Below are positions 16,388-18,847 of a stretch of DNA of 18,847 nucleotides, one piece after another (positions within the stretch are counted from its first letter, which is position 1; each line of letters opens with the position of its first letter). Below the pieces are notes generated by a model, which was not told the origin of the DNA, searched no databases, and was given only the letters and a program-made list of their open reading frames with translations. The translations under genes and the position numbers were made by a program. This DNA is from Candidatus Micrarchaeota archaeon (GTDB lineage: Archaea > Micrarchaeota > Micrarchaeia > Anstonellales > Anstonellaceae). The stretch spans positions 1 through 18,847 of the forward strand of contig DUFS01000082.1 in the NCBI GenBank assembly GCA_013331805.1, written 5' to 3'.

Positions 16388-18847
16388 ATGCGACTGCGCG
16401 GCCAAGGTGCGAGCGAATATCTCCTCATACTCGCCTTCATGCTCATCGTTTCAATCACAGTGGTCTATTTCATTTCAGACCTGTCAGGCGCGCAGACCTC
16501 CATTTCGCAGGCAGAGTCCGCCACCTATTGGGGCCATGAGGCGGCGCCTTACAGGATAAGCGAAGCCACGCATATCCTCTCATTGCCCTGCCCAATTGAA
16601 ATAACAGAGAATAACTCGGGTTATGTATTCGTGCTTACAAACGCTGATGAAAAGGAGACGGTCTCCCTGACAGGGGTGAGCATTGACGGGGTAAACCGCA
16701 CCTTCTGCCTGCTTGGAAGGGACGCCACCACCTCGGTGCCAATCGACCCTGGCAAAAAGGTCGCAATCAGCATCAATTACACCAAGGACTGCAGGCCTGG
16801 GAAGCCCCATGAAATAGCCGTCAACTTCAGTTACAGCAAGGGGGATTTTGACAACCGGACGCAGGTCGGCACCAAGAAGCTGGTGCTGAACTGCAATGAC
16901 CAGTCAGCTCTGTCGCTCTACATCTTCACCTCCTCCCTTCCAAACGGCACCTGCAATTCCGAATACCCTGCCACCCAGCTGGAGGCGCGCTGGAGCAACG
17001 GGCAGCCAGCATCAGCCAGCTGGCAGGCAACCGGCCTGCCGGAGGACTTCACGCTCTCCCCTCAAGGCGTCCTTTCAGGAAATCCCTGCAACTCCAGCGA
17101 GTCAGTGCCCCTCTTCCTGGCAGTGGCTGGCACCTCAATGGCGCAGAAAACAATCCCCCTCTCGGTTGGCGGGACAGACTGCTACTGCGGCGCATGGGGC
17201 TTTTTCATAATAAACTCGGTCCTTCCGAACGGCAATATTCAGATCCCTTACAACGCAACCCTGACGGCCGTGAACGGCACTCCTCCTTATATCTGGTCGG
17301 TTATTGAGGGCGCGCTTCCGACAAGCATCGCCCTGGACAGCGTGACAGGCAACCTGAGCGGAACCCCGTCAGAAATCGGCAACTTCACCTTTTTGATAAA
17401 GGCAACTGACAATGTCGGTTTGATTGCCCAGAAGCAGTTCACGGTCACCATCAATTCCCTTGAGCTCACAATCACGAACAGCCTGGAAAACGGGAATGTC
17501 GGGGTTCCCTACAACCAGACAATGGTGGCAATAGGGGGCGAACAGCCGTATTCCTGGTCGGTGTCAGGCTCACTTCCGGACAACCTTACCCTCAACCCTG
17601 CAACCGGAGAAATAACCGGCACTCCGAGCGCCATAGGGAGCTTCAACTTCACGATCTACGTTTATTCTTCCGACAATGTCACCTCCTCCAAGGCCTTCAC
17701 GGTATCCGTTGCAAACGACGTTTACATCCTGACTTCCTCGCTCCCAGTGGGGAGGGAGTGGTATGCATATAATTACGATCTCACGGCGGCAGGAGGCTCC
17801 CCTCCCTACAACTGGACGCAGGTAGCAGGCCAAATGGACCTCTGCCTGTCCCTCAAATCAACCGGCAGGATAAGTGCAGCCCCTGGCGAGAGCTCTCCGT
17901 GCGACGACGGAATTTACAATTTCACGGCGCGGGCAACCGACCAGATGGGAAACAGCCACCAGAAGGACTTCATCCTCCAAATAGACAAGAAAATGTACAT
18001 CTGCGATTCGATGTCGAATGCCGTTGTAGGCATTCCGTATTCCGAGCTGGTCGACGTCTGCAATGACAACGGCTATTCATTAAACTGGAGCTTGTACTCA
18101 GGCACTCCCCCGCCAGGATTGTGGTTCAGCACAGGGGTCCAGGGCTCTCCGAATTATGGCGGAGTGCTCCAGGGAACCCCGACCCAGGCCGGCACTTATG
18201 ATGACACTTTCAGGGTAAAAGTCCAGGACGCGCTTGGCTATACCGATACTGAATATATCGCCATATTCATATCCAATTCCAGCTTTTACATCATCGAGAA
18301 TTCCCTAAGCAGCGGCTGCCTAAACGAATCCTACACTGTGACAATACACACTACGGGCGGCTCATCACCCTATAACTGGTCAATAACAAGCGGCTCAGTC
18401 CCTCCTGGCTTGACTCTCGAGCCGTCAACTTCCTCAAGCATCAAACTCAAAGGCACTCCGACAACCACTGGAACATACGGGTTCACCGTGAGGGTGGTGG
18501 ATAACGGGGGGGCCAGTGCTGAGAAAACCTACAGCGTATATATAGCAAACTGTGTCGACAATCTCGACATCGATTCGGACAACTTCCCGAACGGTTATAT
18601 CGGCACCCCCTACCAGGACACAGAAATGGATGCGTCTGGCGGCAATCCTCCGTATACATGGTCAGTCAGTTCCGGCAGCCTTCCTGCCGGCCTTTCGCTA
18701 AGCTCGGGCGGGATAGTAAGCGGCACTCCCGCAGGCCCGGCAGGGACGAGTTCCTTTGGAATCAGGGTCACAGATGAGGATGGCCAAAACTACACGGAAC
18801 CGTTTTCAATAATAATCTACTCATCCTCGCTCATCATCACAACCTCC
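16388..18847 (+). CDS. Large class III signal peptide (pilin-like) surface protein with tandem putative Ig (He_PIG/cadherin-like) domains; 3'-truncated by the window edge
   Basis: Hand translation gives 820 codons with no stop. It starts MRLRG/QGASEYLLILAFMLIVSITVVYFI, followed by a domain of about 150 aa with 4 Cys, then repeats of about 85-95 aa with consensus I.tssLpnG.vg.pY...l.a.GG.pPY.Ws...GslP.gl.l...G.isGTP...G.f.ft..vtD. Confidence 0.9.
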   Translation, partial: MRLRGQGASEYLLILAFMLIVSITVVYFISDLSGAQTSISQAESATYWGHEAAPYRISEATHILSLPCPIEITENNSGYVFVLTNADEKETVSLTGVSIDGVNRTFCLLGRDATTSVPIDPGKKVAISINYTKDCRPGKPHEIAVNFSYSKGDFDNRTQVGTKKLVLNCNDQSALSLYIFTSSLPNGTCNSEYPATQLEARWSNGQPASASWQATGLPEDFTLSPQGVLSGNPCNSSESVPLFLAVAGTSMAQKTIPLSVGGTDCYCGAWGFFIINSVLPNGNIQIPYNATLTAVNGTPPYIWSVIEGALPTSIALDSVTGNLSGTPSEIGNFTFLIKATDNVGLIAQKQFTVTINSLELTITNSLENGNVGVPYNQTMVAIGGEQPYSWSVSGSLPDNLTLNPATGEITGTPSAIGSFNFTIYVYSSDNVTSSKAFTVSVANDVYILTSSLPVGREWYAYNYDLTAAGGSPPYNWTQVAGQMDLCLSLKSTGRISAAPGESSPCDDGIYNFTARATDQMGNSHQKDFILQIDKKMYICDSMSNAVVGIPYSELVDVCNDNGYSLNWSLYSGTPPPGLWFSTGVQGSPNYGGVLQGTPTQAGTYDDTFRVKVQDALGYTDTEYIAIFISNSSFYIIENSLSSGCLNESYTVTIHTTGGSSPYNWSITSGSVPPGLTLEPSTSSSIKLKGTPTTTGTYGFTVRVVDNGGASAEKTYSVYIANCVDNLDIDSDNFPNGYIGTPYQDTEMDASGGNPPYTWSVSSGSLPAGLSLSSGGIVSGTPAGPAGTSSFGIRVTDEDGQNYTEPFSIIIYSSSLIITTS
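16916..18847 (+). repeat. Protein-level tandem Ig-like repeats (7 complete plus the start of an 8th)
   Basis: Approximate repeat starts are 16916, 17201, 17465, 17720, 17993, 18284, 18563 and 18830. They are diverged at the DNA level. Confidence 0.8.

Noticed and set aside
16371..17833. Short ORF-track entries in the last 2.5 kb
   Set aside because: All are alternate-frame or antisense fragments within the single open frame starting at 16388.

Overview
Archaeal chromosomal window. The gene set, GGTGA-type ribosome-binding sites and a QxxxEY class III signal peptide suggest a DPANN lineage such as Micrarchaeota (inference only). The left part is mostly housekeeping: UPF0147 protein, DNA polymerase D (DP1, DP2), a Dim2/Pno1-type KH protein and topoisomerase VI B/A. 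A divergent ArsR-thioredoxin-ArsP / MFS cassette lies between the KH gene and top6B and has a clear palindromic operator. The right part holds an orphan ORF, a SAMP/ThiS + NcsA/TtuA tRNA-thiolation pair and a surface-protein cluster: a secreted transglutaminase-like protein, an MBL hydrolase, and a >=820-aa class III signal peptide (pilin-like) protein with at least 7 tandem Ig-like repeats. That last gene is missing from the ORF track because it runs off the window. The most notable non-obvious signals are (1) a 107-bp non-autonomous IS200/IS605-type element in the 5' leader of the SAMP gene that can fold in two mutually exclusive ways, (2) the giant pilin-Ig adhesin next to a transglutaminase, and (3) intergenic micro-ORFs, including one that copies the acidic Top6B tail with mainly synonymous changes and a stop/start relay linking DP1 to DP2.
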